From assembly GCA_964619725.1 (NCBI GenBank), contig CAZUFC010000148.1, positions 1 to 18,917 of the forward strand: DNA of 18,917 bases, in the 5' to 3' direction. Positions 1 to 10,381 of the stretch are shown in pieces. The notes beneath the pieces were generated by a model. That model saw nothing but the letters and a program-made list of their open reading frames with translations. It had not been told where the DNA came from and ran no database searches. The position numbers and the translations under genes were made by a program. The DNA is from an uncultured bacterium. GTDB lineage: Bacteria; CSSED10-310; CAZUFC01. How positions within the stretch are numbered: the first letter of the stretch is position 1; every line of letters starts with the position of its first letter.

Positions 1-1163
1 TTCAGGTGGTAAACTTATTTCCAGAATCGCCGGCAACTTTCACCGGAATACGCAACTCCATCAATAGTACCGCGGAATCGATCTGCAAGCAAGGTCGTTA
101 TAAGGATTCTCCTGGTTAATCCCTTGTTCACCGACAGATGCTTATCAATCATTTTCCCGGTTTTCACATAGTGAACCGGCGCTTGAAAAATGACGTCGAT
201 AACCGATTAAGAATTCTGCAAATACCATTGGCGTGTTCAAAATTTGATCTTGCGAAACCGGAAAAAATCGGCTGGAACCATTGATTTCTATAATTTTATC
301 CGTATATAGAAAATTGTTGGGGTTGGCTGGGAAAGCAGATTTCCTCCAGGGAAAAATTGGATGGGATGATAGGAATTTCAATTTTATGCCTAATCACCTC
401 ATTCCTTTAAAAGACGTCAGAAAGAGTGAAAAAGTGTGAAATGAACATCATTTCTTCTCTTCAGCGCTTTTTGCATCACGACCTCCATTAATAATTCGTA
501 TAATTTTATTTCAGAATTCCAAGTTATAAAATAAATCAGAATCATATCATGATCCAACGGTTACGATTTCTCGGATTAATCCCCATTATGGAGATTAATC
601 ATCTATATTGACGATTTACTTAGATAATTTTTGTCCAAAAAAATGAAAAAATTAAATAAAAGTTTTCTTTGGGGTCTTCTATACCGTGAATTAGTCATTA
701 CTGAATGGATGCATGGGGATTGATTGTTTGGTTTTCTCATGTTTGCACAAGAATTCTTTGATAAATAATCGGATTTTGAGCAGTCTATAGCGCTCAGATA
801 AATTTGCTCAGCACTATCGATGTTAGCTTCATCGGATAACTTTGCGAAAAAGCAGAGGCTGTTATATTGATGGAAGATAAGGAATCATGGTGCAGGCGCT
901 TTCAATTTGAATTTCAGAGGATATGAAACGGTGATTTCGTATTTTTTTCGTTATCTGTCCCGTTTTAACAATGTAACTTCATAAGTCGCTGCATACCCCG
1001 GGTCTTTTGGGTCACTTTGGCCCTTTCAGTCCCTTATAGTCCTTTCGTCATTTATAACAATACTTTTCCCTTATCAGGACATCAATGCCGACATATCTTC
1101 ATGTTAAAATGTAACGTTTCATTCTACGGATGCATCCTGCTTTCAAAAGCGCGTTTTGGGCGA

Positions 1164-4157
1164 TCATTCAACATGCTTGAAACGTCTGGAAAAAATGATC
1201 AGCATTATTGAACCTAATACAGCGAGCAGAGCAATGCCTGCGTGATTAAGAAGAGGAATAGGGGCCATGGTGGAAGTAGCAGTAGGAGTAGGCGTGATCA
1301 CGGGGGTATCGGTAAGCGTTGAAGTAGGGGAGTGGGTAACGGTAGGTGACAGAGTGGACGTAGCGCTGGGCGTAAGCGTAGGACTGCAGGTAACTGTCGG
1401 GGTGGCAGAAGGAGATAGCGTCGGCGAATTCGTAGGTGAGAATGTGGGTGAATATGTTGGAGACAGCGTGACGGTAGGTGATGATGTGGGAGTAAGCGTG
1501 GGCGATAATGTGGGCGTTTGAGTCGGCGAATTTGTGGGACTGAGAGTGACGGTGGGGGTCATAGTCGGTGATTTTGTCGGTGAGAATGTCGGCGAACTGG
1601 TAGGTGAATCGGTGGGACTGAGAGTGACTGTCGGCGTGAGCGTCGGCGTATCCGTGGGCGAGAGAGTCGGCGTTCTTGTGGGCGAATTTGTGGGACTGAG
1701 CGTGACTGTCGGGGTTCTGGTCGGGGAGTGAGTAGGGGTGAGGGTGACTGTCGGCGTGAGCGTCGGCGTATCCGTGGGCGAAAGAGTCGGGGTTCTGGTC
1801 GGGGAGTGAGTAGGGCTGAGGGTGACTGTAGGCGTGAGCGTCGGCGTATCCGTGGGCGAGAGAGTCGGGGTTCTGGTCGGGGAGTGAGTAGGGCTCAGCG
1901 TGACTGTCGGGGTTCTGGTCGGGGAGTGAGTAGGGCTCAGCGTGACTGTCGGGGTTCTGGTCGGGGAGTGAGTAGGGCTGAGGGTGACTGTCGGGGTTCT
2001 GGTCGGGGAGTGAGTAGGGGTGAGGGTGACTGTCGGCGTGAGCGTCGGCGTATCCGTGGGCGAAAGAGTCGGGGTTCTGGTCGGGGAGTGAGTAGGGCTG
2101 AGGGTGACTGTCGGCGTGAGCGTCGGCGTATCCGTAGGCGAGAGAGTCGGCGTCCTTGTGGGCGAATTGGTCGGACTGAGGGTTACAGTCGGCGAATAAG
2201 TCGGAGTGTATGTCGGCGTAGCGGTTGGGGCGGCTGTCGGGAGTCCGGACTGAATCACTTCATCAATGAACGCCAGGTCTGCGTACCATCTGTCTCTAAA
2301 ATAAGGAGAATGATCCTCCCACTTCAAAGTATTGCCGGAAAGCGAAACGATCGACATTTCATGATCCATGGTCATGTTGCAATAGCCGTAATTATCGCAA
2401 AGCGTTGTGCCCGATGTCCCGACGGGTATGCCGTCGAAGCTGTCGGAAGCCGCTGTGAAACCGGCTATATTCCAGTCGTAAAGGTATCCTACGCGAATAT
2501 CGTTCGTGTTATCTCCCTGGTCTCCGAAATAGGCTATATTTTTTCTTTCCATCATTCCGTCCGGAATAAGGCAATCCTGGCAGTTATTAACGGGACTGCC
2601 GTTAATGAAGAAATCCCAGGTTCCTGTCATGAAGTCCAGTTTTATTTCCCATAGACCGCTGAAGTTGATCGGTCCGATAGGACCGCTGCAGCCCGTGGCT
2701 CCATCGTTAAAATGAGTTTGCCAGGAAATTCCGATATAATGACCGCTCTGCCAACTGTCCCCTGAAACGGCCTGATCGTCTCCGACAGCCCATACTACTG
2801 TGGCCAGACTTTCCGTATTCGATACGTTGAATTGAGCGGTAATATTGCCGGGAACAGGAGGTATGGGATCAACGACATGATCGATAAAGGATAAGTCGGC
2901 GTACCATCTATTGGTAAATGATGGCGCGTCGTCGTCCCATTGAAGCGTGTTGCCGGAAACGGATACTATCTGAAGTTCATGGTCCATGGTCATATTGCAG
3001 TATCCATAATTATTGCACAAAGTAGTTCCTGACGTTCCTACAGGAATTCCCTCAAAGTCCTCTGAAATGGTATCAGCGCCGATTATTTCCCAATCATACA
3101 AGTAACCGACGCGTATATCATTGGTACCATCGCCCTGATCTCCGAAGTAGGCGATATTGCGCCGTTCCATCATTCCGTCCGGAATAAGGCAATCCTGACA
3201 GTTGTTGACGGGACTGCCGTCAATGTAGAAATCCCAGGTGCCGCTGATGAAGTCCATCCTGATTTCCCACAAACCGCTGAAATTGATAGGTCCGATTGGT
3301 CCGCTGCAACCCGTAGCTCCATCGTTGAAATGGGTTTGCCATGAAATTCCGATATAATGTCCGCTCTGCCAGGCTCCGCTGGAGACAGCCTGATCGTCGC
3401 CGACAGCCCATACAACGGTTGCGAGACTGTCCGTATTGGCAACGTCGAATTTGGCGATGATGTGACCTGGCGGAGGATCAGGCAGAACAACGTGGTCGAT
3501 GAAAGCCAGATCGGCGTACCATCTATTAGTGAATGAAGGCGAATCGTCGTCCCATTGAAGCGTATTGCCGGAAACGGAAACAATTTGCATTTCATGGTCC
3601 ATCGTCATATTGCAATATCCGTAAGCGGAACATAAGGTCGATCCGGACGTTCCCACGGGTATGCTTTCAAAATCTTCCGAAACCGTGTCGTAACCTGTTA
3701 TTTCCCAATCGTATAGATACCCGACGCGAATATCGTTCGTGCCGTCCCCCTGATCCCCGAAATAGGCGATATTCCGATTCTGCATCATCCCGGCGGGTAT
3801 TTCGCAATCCTGAGCATTATTGACGGGCGAGCCGTTAATATAAAAATCCCAGGTTCCGGTCTCATAATCCAATCGTATTTCCCATAATCCGCTGAAATTG
3901 ATCGGTCCGATCGGACCGTCGGCCCCCGTCGCTCCGTCATTAAAATGGGATTGATAGGATATTCCGATATAATGACCGCTTTGCCAGCTTCCCCCTGACA
4001 CTGCCTGATCATTGCCGATCGCCCATACTACTGTGGACATGCTGTCAGTATTCCCGACATTGAATTTGGCCACAATCGTTTGCTGACCAGTCGCAATTGA
4101 ACTGAAAAAAAATAATGAAACGACGGCAATCGCAAAAAATATTAATGATCCTTTCAA
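1164..4157 (-). CDS. Secreted surface protein: signal peptide, three tandem ~197-aa beta-rich (ConA/LamG-like?) domains, Ser/Thr/Pro-rich stalk, C-terminal IPTL-CTERM-like sorting signal
   Basis: 997-aa ORF with TTG start preceded by AAGGAGG. Hydrophobic N-terminus [24 protein letters not shown]. Three near-identical domains. C-terminus [28 protein letters not shown] (IP-x-L..G, TM helix, basic tail). Confidence 0.85.
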   Translation of the reverse strand: MKGSLIFFAIAVVSLFFFSSIATGQQTIVAKFNVGNTDSMSTVVWAIGNDQAVSGGSWQSGHYIGISYQSHFNDGATGADGPIGPINFSGLWEIRLDYETGTWDFYINGSPVNNAQDCEIPAGMMQNRNIAYFGDQGDGTNDIRVGYLYDWEITGYDTVSEDFESIPVGTSGSTLCSAYGYCNMTMDHEMQIVSVSGNTLQWDDDSPSFTNRWYADLAFIDHVVLPDPPPGHIIAKFDVANTDSLATVVWAVGDDQAVSSGAWQSGHYIGISWQTHFNDGATGCSGPIGPINFSGLWEIRMDFISGTWDFYIDGSPVNNCQDCLIPDGMMERRNIAYFGDQGDGTNDIRVGYLYDWEIIGADTISEDFEGIPVGTSGTTLCNNYGYCNMTMDHELQIVSVSGNTLQWDDDAPSFTNRWYADLSFIDHVVDPIPPVPGNITAQFNVSNTESLATVVWAVGDDQAVSGDSWQSGHYIGISWQTHFNDGATGCSGPIGPINFSGLWEIKLDFMTGTWDFFINGSPVNNCQDCLIPDGMMERKNIAYFGDQGDNTNDIRVGYLYDWNIAGFTAASDSFDGIPVGTSGTTLCDNYGYCNMTMDHEMSIVSLSGNTLKWEDHSPYFRDRWYADLAFIDEVIQSGLPTAAPTATPTYTPTYSPTVTLSPTNSPTRTPTLSPTDTPTLTPTVTLSPTHSPTRTPTLSPTDTPTLTPTVTLTPTHSPTRTPTVTLSPTHSPTRTPTVTLSPTHSPTRTPTVTLSPTHSPTRTPTLSPTDTPTLTPTVTLSPTHSPTRTPTLSPTDTPTLTPTVTLTPTHSPTRTPTVTLSPTNSPTRTPTLSPTDTPTLTPTVTLSPTDSPTSSPTFSPTKSPTMTPTVTLSPTNSPTQTPTLSPTLTPTSSPTVTLSPTYSPTFSPTNSPTLSPSATPTVTCSPTLTPSATSTLSPTVTHSPTSTLTDTPVITPTPTATSTMAPIPLLNHAGIALLAVLGSIMLIIFSRRFKHVE
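1270..2240 (-). repeat. Low-complexity tandem repeat encoding an S/T/P stalk (units such as [14 protein letters not shown] and [12 protein letters not shown])
   Basis: Near-perfect DNA repeats such as gtgactgtcggggttctggtcggggagtgagtaggg recur between ~1600 and ~2160. Boundaries approximate. Confidence 0.95.
2253..4076 (-). repeat. Three intragenic domain repeats (3486-4076, 2871-3461, 2253-2843; 591 nt each) joined by Pro-rich linkers
   Basis: Each unit runs from I(V/I/T)A(K/Q)F to FID(H/E)V(V/I). Linkers are LPDPPPGH and DPIPPVPGN. Periods are 615 and 618 nt. Confidence 0.95.
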
Positions 4158-4466
4158 GTCCTTCCTCCTTTAAAATTAAATGTCCTCCACCCATCTGAAC
4201 GCAAAAAAATAATGTACATTTTCAGTCTCCTTGTATGAAGCCGAACCTCTTTGGCTCCTTCAGCGGTCTTCAGTGAGAATCCACGCGTACGAGTATGGTT
4301 GGAACTAAGAAAGGAAATTCTTCCAGCAAGAATTTTTTTACACCAGGCAGGATTTAAGATCATCAGGCGTGCAGCGAACAATTCTGCAACCTGGACATCA
4401 TTTAACGGATTTTTAAATCGTTTGTCAAATGAGATATATGAAAAAACGAAAAGCAGGCTTAAAAGA

Positions 4467-6677
4467 TTACCAATCCTCTCCTATTCCGATGTAATAAACC
4501 GACCGGACGATGAGAGTTTCATTCGCGTTTAAATTAGAGTTTATCATGGGGCACATTACTATTCCGGGATTGCCGATGGGGTCGACTATTCCATCGGCAT
4601 TTGCGCCGCTGTAGTTAACCCCGTTGTCAGCGGATAAGGATTGCATCGCAACGCTGGTTTCAGTTCCGTCGGAATAATAAAGATAATCGAATGACGTTTC
4701 ATAATCATTGGAGGAGTGGCCGGAATAAACTTCAGTGGTCACGTTTCTGTTAGAGATCGTATATGTGCCGTAATAGGAGCCGTTTCTGAACACTACAGCT
4801 TGTGAGCCGCTTAATAAAGCGTAAAAAATGCTTGTGGCTGATCCCGGAGCGCCGATCGTACCGGATTGGAGGTTCGCTCCCCCCAATCTCATCCGGTAAC
4901 CGAAGCTGGAAGTGGTGCCCGAAGTCGTTCGCGCCGTTGTTTTCCATACAATAAAAACAGCGTTGGACGGCACCAAAATCGATGATAAATTGCAAGGAAC
5001 AGCGGAAGTCCAGTTGCGGCATTCGCCGCCGGATTCGCTTAATGAACCGTTTCCGCTCCATTTCGTCCCGTCGAAAAGATTATCGTTACAGTCGTCATGA
5101 ATCGTACAAAGGCTGTAGTCATAAGCCATGATACCCCGGTCGACTACCGTTCCCAGCGGTATCGACGGCTCACGCGGACCGGCTAAAACGCAATTTCCCG
5201 TTCCAATATATCCTATACTTGCGTTATGGGTGAAATTCGTTTTCGTCGATGCAATATCGGAATTGAACTCTTTAGACTTTGAAGCAATGGACGTTAAAAA
5301 GGGAACCTTGTTTGATGCTGCGTCGCTTCCCAAGCCCTGCCAGACGCCCGAATCGAATATTTTTAATCTGCTTTCTGCCGTATTGTAAAATACGTCACCC
5401 GCTTGCGCTCCGGAAACGGAAGGATCGCCCGCGCCGGCAGGAATCCCCAGCATTCCGCTGTTGAAATTCCAGTCACCCGATACTGAAACGTCCGCACTTC
5501 CATCCACGGGAACATTCGTAATGCCGGAACCGTCTCCAATAAAAGCGCCGGCATCGACCGTCCCGTCGACTTCAAGTTCGTATACCGGTAAAGCTGTTCC
5601 TATTCCGACATATCCCGTCGAATCATCATAGTAAACTTCCGCTCCGCCTGCAGCGCCGCCGTTATTGTAAATTACCTGTCCGTCTGACCCTGCTGTGGGT
5701 CCCTCCGGGCCTGTCGCTCCCTGTTCACCCTGAGGTCCCGTCAAGCCTGTGTCTCCCTTCGGACCTTCCGGACCAGCGTCTCCTTGCGGACCGACAGGCC
5801 CCGTAAAGCCGCGTGGTCCTGTCATTCCGGTATCACCCATGGGACCGGACGGCCCTGTAACGCCCTGCGGACCAATGGGACCGGTTACGCCCTGAGGTCC
5901 CACAGGCCCGGTATCGCCCTGCGGTCCAATAGGGCCGGTTACGCCCTGAGGTCCCACAGGCCCTGTAACGCCCTGCGGACCAATGGGGCCGGTTACGCCC
6001 TGAGGTCCCACAGGCCCTGTATCGCCCTGCGGACCAATGGGACCGGTTACGCCCTGAGGTCCCACAGGCCCTGTATCGCCCTGCGGTCCAATGGGGCCGG
6101 TTACGCCCTGAGGTCCCACAGGCCCGGTATCGCCCTGCGGTCCAATAGGACCGGTTACGCCCTGAGGTCCCACAGGCCCCGTATCGCCCTGCGGACCCGC
6201 TAAACCAGTCGTCTCACCCATCCATTCGCCTCCTGAGCTGATCACTTCTCCGTATCCGGATAAACTCACGCTGCGAGGTTCAATATCCTCATCAAAAACA
6301 TCCTCCGCATGCTCTGCACGGAATGCCTGGCCTATACTTGTAAATTCCTGCCGTGGATAAAGCGTCTCTCCTTCTACATGCACTTCAAGCCAATAGATAT
6401 CTGAAAAATCAAGATTGATCGCCATGTTCGATCCCAATACGGCATGGAATAATCCGTCCGTCACTTCCACATTCAGATGCATCTCTGTCCATAAGACATT
6501 TCCGTCCATCTCAGCATCATACAGTGCGAAAACAAAATCATAGAGTCCGTTCAAAGGAACTCCAACCTCATCGGTAATTTGTCCTTGGTAATTTATCTGA
6601 TGGGGGATATAACCGAACGCGGACACAGAAGACAGACAACACGCCATCAATATAAAAAAACACACTTTTGACGCCAT
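4467..6677 (-). CDS. Secreted collagen-like (Gly-X-Y) fibre/adhesin protein
   Basis: 736 aa. AGGAG RBS upstream. Signal peptide, then an N-terminal domain [20 protein letters not shown]...G..LW.E typical of bacterial fibre proteins, 57 Gly-X-Y triplets, a GYVGIGT..P...LEVDG fibre-shaft motif, and an unrecognised C-terminal head. Confidence 0.85.
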   Translation of the reverse strand: MASKVCFFILMACCLSSVSAFGYIPHQINYQGQITDEVGVPLNGLYDFVFALYDAEMDGNVLWTEMHLNVEVTDGLFHAVLGSNMAINLDFSDIYWLEVHVEGETLYPRQEFTSIGQAFRAEHAEDVFDEDIEPRSVSLSGYGEVISSGGEWMGETTGLAGPQGDTGPVGPQGVTGPIGPQGDTGPVGPQGVTGPIGPQGDTGPVGPQGVTGPIGPQGDTGPVGPQGVTGPIGPQGVTGPVGPQGVTGPIGPQGDTGPVGPQGVTGPIGPQGVTGPSGPMGDTGMTGPRGFTGPVGPQGDAGPEGPKGDTGLTGPQGEQGATGPEGPTAGSDGQVIYNNGGAAGGAEVYYDDSTGYVGIGTALPVYELEVDGTVDAGAFIGDGSGITNVPVDGSADVSVSGDWNFNSGMLGIPAGAGDPSVSGAQAGDVFYNTAESRLKIFDSGVWQGLGSDAASNKVPFLTSIASKSKEFNSDIASTKTNFTHNASIGYIGTGNCVLAGPREPSIPLGTVVDRGIMAYDYSLCTIHDDCNDNLFDGTKWSGNGSLSESGGECRNWTSAVPCNLSSILVPSNAVFIVWKTTARTTSGTTSSFGYRMRLGGANLQSGTIGAPGSATSIFYALLSGSQAVVFRNGSYYGTYTISNRNVTTEVYSGHSSNDYETSFDYLYYSDGTETSVAMQSLSADNGVNYSGANADGIVDPIGNPGIVMCPMINSNLNANETLIVRSVYYIGIGEDW
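5694..6206 (-). repeat. Uninterrupted collagen repeat, 57 Gly-X-Y triplets; core 54-nt unit encoding [18 protein letters not shown]
   Basis: Counted directly from the translation (GLA...GPT). The DNA unit is near-identical across copies. Confidence 0.95.
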
Positions 6678-6800
6678 AATAATATAACTCCTTGAAAAAT
6701 TGAAAAAGAATTTTCGTTTATTTCACCTTTGACTAATTAAGGTAAAAGATTTTTTTCCAATAAACATTGAACCGGCAAACAGAGATCAGTACCTTTTCTA

Positions 6801-6828
6801 TTTATAAGAATCTATAGAGAAAAGTCAA
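6801..6828 (-). promoter_or_regulatory. Possible sigma70 promoter for the collagen-like gene
   Basis: TTGACT-16 nt-TATAAA on the minus strand, ~125 nt upstream of the ATG. The region is AT-rich, so a chance match is possible. Confidence 0.4.
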
Positions 6829-6940
6829 AAATTTTGCATCCGAAGTAAGAATTCTGGTTTATTGAAGCCCTTCGTGGAAACTTTATTGAGATTTCACTCT
6901 GTCAAAAAGTTGTAGAAACTACAAGCTTTTGCCGTATCCG

Positions 6941-7576
6941 TTAATTTTTGAAGATCATGAGGTTGAATGCGAGAATCAACATGATCATACCGAATAAATT
7001 TACCGCCGGAAATTCCTGGTATTGCCGGTAATGATACCCCATATCGACCAGGCCGTAATCGTATGCTCCGTTGGTTTTTGTCGTCAATTCGTTCATGCAG
7101 ATCGAAAGGTCGTCTGATTCAAAACATACTTCACCGGCCGAGGCTTCTCCCGCGTCGACGCAGGGACTTTGTTCCGTCTGCCAGGACGCTATCTGACTCA
7201 GGCAGTAATCCCCATCAGACCCTGAAACGAAAAGAGGGTCTTCATCGATATTCCCCTGTCCTTCGTAACCTCCCTGAATATCGGAATAAGTAATATTCAC
7301 AACGCCCTCTCTAAGGAATATTTCATCGGGAGAATCGCCCCAGAGGATACAGTTGATGAAATCAGTCTTAGGAGGATCGAAAACGCCCAATGAATAGAAT
7401 GCCCCGCCTTCGATGCCGGCGGAATTATTTGAAATCGTGCAGTTTATGAAAGAAGGGCTGCCCTTGCCGAAGTAACCTTGGCTATGGACTATGCCGCCCC
7501 CGTAACACTCAATCGGAAAGGAGTTGAAGTCCGGCTCGAATCGTTGTAGAGTAATTATCCGTTTATGTCGAGAAAA
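6941..7576 (-). pseudogene. 5'-truncated remnant of a parallel beta-helix (pectin-lyase-like repeat) surface protein with a C-terminal membrane anchor
   Basis: The frame stays open upstream of the listed 7390 start: YGGGIVHSQGYFGKGSPSFINCTISNNSAGIEGGAFYSLG..INCILWGDSPDEI..ITYSDIQGG..GNIDEDPLF..SPCVDAG..DMGYHY. It reaches an in-frame TAA at 7577-7579 with no ATG or signal peptide. Recognisable similarity ends near 7505. Confidence 0.75.
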
Positions 7577-7606
7577 TTATTTAAAAACAGGCGGAGAGAA
7601 GCGGAG

Positions 7607-7765
7607 ATGGCTAAGAAAAATAAAATTCTCCCGAAGTATCGGACCTGGATAGAGGCGCGCAGATTTTTCAAGTTTTCGCATGCACATATTCAAATTGATA
7701 AATCAGGAGATTTAAAAAATATGCCGTCCGAGATCATTTCAACCGGTTTTCAAACAGGAGGATAG
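7607..7765 (+). pseudogene. Short ORF, probably the truncated N-terminus of a small conserved hypothetical protein
   Basis: MAKKNKILPKYRTWIEARRFFKFSHAHIQ follows GGAG-type RBS sequences. It resembles (from memory, unverified) small proteins continuing MARELG..P.K, but here it diverges after HIQ (~7693). Confidence 0.4.
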
Positions 7766-7769
7766 AAAC

Positions 7770-8717
7770 ATCAGATCGAAACTATTATCCAGAAAAGCTT
7801 TTGAAGGCGCTCGGACTTTCATACAGAATGAGGTGAGGCCGCTCGAAAAAGCGAAATTCAGTTATACATTCGAAGGAGGATCGGCGGCAGGGATTTTGGA
7901 GGAACTGACAGCATTTCAGAATGAAGACGGCGGTTTTGGACGGGCCCTGGAACCCGATCTGCGAACTCCGGCAAGTTCTGCCCTTTGTACGACTTTGGCA
8001 TTCCAGGTTCTCCGCGGTATCGAGGCAGGAAATACCGATGCTCTGGTATCGCGGTCAATGGAGTATTTGATGAAAACCCTGGACCGGGAGGAGGTGCATT
8101 GGCGGATCGTTCCCTGTGAAGCCCAGAAGAGTCCTCATGCACCGTGGTGGAATCAGGAGGGACGCCAGGATATTTTCGACAGTTTTTCCCTTAATCCGAC
8201 TGCAGAGATTCTGGGTTATCTCTATGATTACAGGTCTTTTGTACCTGATGAAGTTATTAATTCGGTTTCAGACAAGGTGATGCATGCCGTGGAATGCATG
8301 AAAAGCATTGAAATGCATGAATTGCTGTGCTGTCTGCGGTTGATGCAGACCGTATCTGCTCCTGACGCTATGAAGGATATGCTTCGCAGTAAATTGACGC
8401 CGCTTGTAAAAGATGCCGTCGCCCTCACTCCGAATCAATGGCGGGGTTACAGCCTGCGTCCGCTGCAGGTCGTCGACAGCCCAGATTCGTCCTTCATGGC
8501 GGAATATGCGGAAGCCGTATCGGAGAACCTTGATTTTGAAATTGAATCTCAGAACAGAGACGGTTCCTGGTCGCCCGCCTGGTCCTGGGGAGATGCTTAC
8601 CCGGAAGCCTGGAACCAGGCACGAAAGGAATGGTCCGGGATCATTACGGTAAATGAACTCACGATCCTGAAAAAGTTTGACAGGATTGAAGGAATGAAAG
8701 GTCAGAGTCAGGGGTGA
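7770..8717 (+). CDS. Hypothetical protein with prenyltransferase/squalene-cyclase-like (alpha/alpha barrel) repeats
   Basis: QNEDGGFGRALEPDLR and QNRDGSW QW-like motifs, plus PHAPWW and NPTAEILGYL. The ORF track starts at GTG 7833, but the frame is open to an ATC at 7770 lying 8 nt after AGGAGG. Start uncertain. Confidence 0.75.
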   Translation: MRSKLLSRKAFEGARTFIQNEVRPLEKAKFSYTFEGGSAAGILEELTAFQNEDGGFGRALEPDLRTPASSALCTTLAFQVLRGIEAGNTDALVSRSMEYLMKTLDREEVHWRIVPCEAQKSPHAPWWNQEGRQDIFDSFSLNPTAEILGYLYDYRSFVPDEVINSVSDKVMHAVECMKSIEMHELLCCLRLMQTVSAPDAMKDMLRSKLTPLVKDAVALTPNQWRGYSLRPLQVVDSPDSSFMAEYAEAVSENLDFEIESQNRDGSWSPAWSWGDAYPEAWNQARKEWSGIITVNELTILKKFDRIEGMKGQSQG

Positions 8718-9056
8718 GCATGGACGAATGGAACAGGATTGAAGGTTGTTTGCGACAGTAATTTTTTTTGTAAAAAATGCCGAAACAGAGCCGGAACATC
8801 TCATTATCCTTTCAGGGTATATCGCTAATTTTGAATAGACCATACTGAAGACAGGCGTTCATGCAAGTTTTGAAAGTAGTGTAACCCCGGTTTGATCAGT
8901 CCCGAAATTGAAAATGAGGGTGCTGATCAAAATACCCCGATTTTGGGAAACAAAGACAAAGACTCCGCAACAGCGGATAGCGCGGAATCTCACGGATAAA
9001 AGAAGAACTGATAAGCAAAAATTGTAACCTCTGTTTGATTAATCCGGAAATGAGCA

Positions 9057-9085
9057 TTGCAAAATTCCCGATTGTCTTATATGAT
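9057..9085 (+). promoter_or_regulatory. Putative sigma70 promoter upstream of the first histidine kinase
   Basis: TTGCAA-17 nt-TATGAT. Confidence 0.5.
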
Positions 9086-9262
9086 GATTGAGTAAAAAAA
9101 TCGAACGAGAGCCGGACAGTTTGTGAGGTTCCGAGAAAAATTAAATCTGTCGAAGCAGAAACCGAAATTTTAAAGAAACATGACGTTAAGCCTTTTAAAT
9201 GGGAGATTGAGGAAGGATATAATTCATTCTAAGGAGATTTTGGAGAAAAAAGGCGATAAAAA

Positions 9263-10381
9263 ATGAAGACATATTTTGCGCCCAGCGAAAGGGCTGATGA
9301 GAAGACTCTTACATTTGAGGTTGATATGGTTAGCCGGAATCCTGTTGTGTCCGGTTTGCTGCATTCGGTCAGCGGAGTTATCGGCATACTGAACGAGCAG
9401 CGCCAGGTTATAGCGGTCAATGATTCATTTCTGGAGATGCTCGGCGTTACGAATCCGAAGAAATGTCTCGGACTCAGGCCGGGTGAGGCGCTGAAATGTA
9501 TTCATGCGTATGAAGAACCCGGGGGATGCGGAACATCGAAGTTCTGTTCCTCCTGCGGTGCAGCGGTAGCTATAGTCTCGAGCCTGGGGCAGGACCGGCC
9601 TGTCGAAAGAATGTGCGCGCTTACGGCGAAACGGGATGGTAAGACGAAGGATGTGGCGCTTCTGGTAAAATCTCATCCAATAAAAATCAACTCAAAAAAA
9701 TTTGTGTTGCTGTTCATTCAGGACATTACTCGAATACAAAAACGAGCCGCTCTCGAAAGAACGTTCTTCCACGATATTAACAACATGTTGAGCGTTCTCC
9801 TGGGGGCAAGCGAGTTGCTTATAAAAGAATCTCCCTCGGACCTCGCTGAAACGGTTCGTGACGCGGCCTTAAGGTTGCAGAGGGAAACGGCTATCCAGAG
9901 ATATCTCATGGAAAGCGATTCTTGCAGCTATCATATTGAGAAGCAGAGCGTAAAGGCAACCTGGATACTTGAGGACCTGAAGGCATTCTTCGCCAACCAT
10001 CCCGCCGCTGAAGAAAAAAACATGGTCATCTCAAACGAGCATGCCGGAGTTAAGATCGAAACGGATAAGTCCCTGTTGTCGCGCATCCTCAGCAATATGA
10101 TCATCAATGCGTTTGAGGCTACGAAAAAAAAGGGTACGATAAGCATATGGCTGGAACTTAAGCGGGATGTTGTCATTTTCTGCGTCAGGAATGAACAGGA
10201 AATTGCTCCTCAAGCCGTAAACAGGATGTTTCAACGTAACTTCAGTACCAAAAAGGGGGACGGCAGAGGCGTCGGAACTTTTTCCATGAAACTGTTGGGA
10301 GAAAAAATCCTGGGTGGAAAAGTAACCTTTACCACTTCGAAAGAAAAGGGAACCGTTTTCCGGTTCGCTCATCCTCTTTGA
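9263..10381 (+). CDS. Cytoplasmic sensor histidine kinase (PAS-like Cys-rich input domain + HATPase_c), paralog 1
   Basis: 372 aa. H-box FFHDINN, N-box NMIINAFEA, F/G2 box FQRNFSTKKGDGRGVG. CX9CX5CX2C motif. No obvious TM helix. Confidence 0.85.
   Translation: MKTYFAPSERADEKTLTFEVDMVSRNPVVSGLLHSVSGVIGILNEQRQVIAVNDSFLEMLGVTNPKKCLGLRPGEALKCIHAYEEPGGCGTSKFCSSCGAAVAIVSSLGQDRPVERMCALTAKRDGKTKDVALLVKSHPIKINSKKFVLLFIQDITRIQKRAALERTFFHDINNMLSVLLGASELLIKESPSDLAETVRDAALRLQRETAIQRYLMESDSCSYHIEKQSVKATWILEDLKAFFANHPAAEEKNMVISNEHAGVKIETDKSLLSRILSNMIINAFEATKKKGTISIWLELKRDVVIFCVRNEQEIAPQAVNRMFQRNFSTKKGDGRGVGTFSMKLLGEKILGGKVTFTTSKEKGTVFRFAHPL

Noticed and set aside
145-381. 78-aa minus-strand ORF
   Set aside because: A possible RBS exists but no recognisable motif; cannot be supported as a gene.
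1600-2160. Regular repeats as a CRISPR array
   Set aside because: Units are multiples of 3 within a coding frame, with no unique spacers and no cas genes.
1267-2654. Plus-strand ORFs (VGV-rich and Arg/Gly-rich)
   Set aside because: Antisense shadows of the S/T/P repeat region of the 997-aa gene.
5784-6203. 139-aa repetitive plus-strand ORF
   Set aside because: Antisense shadow of the collagen repeat.
8930-9000. c-di-GMP riboswitch
   Set aside because: Only superficial resemblance; the GGCAAAC..GAAA..GACGCAAAG core was not found.
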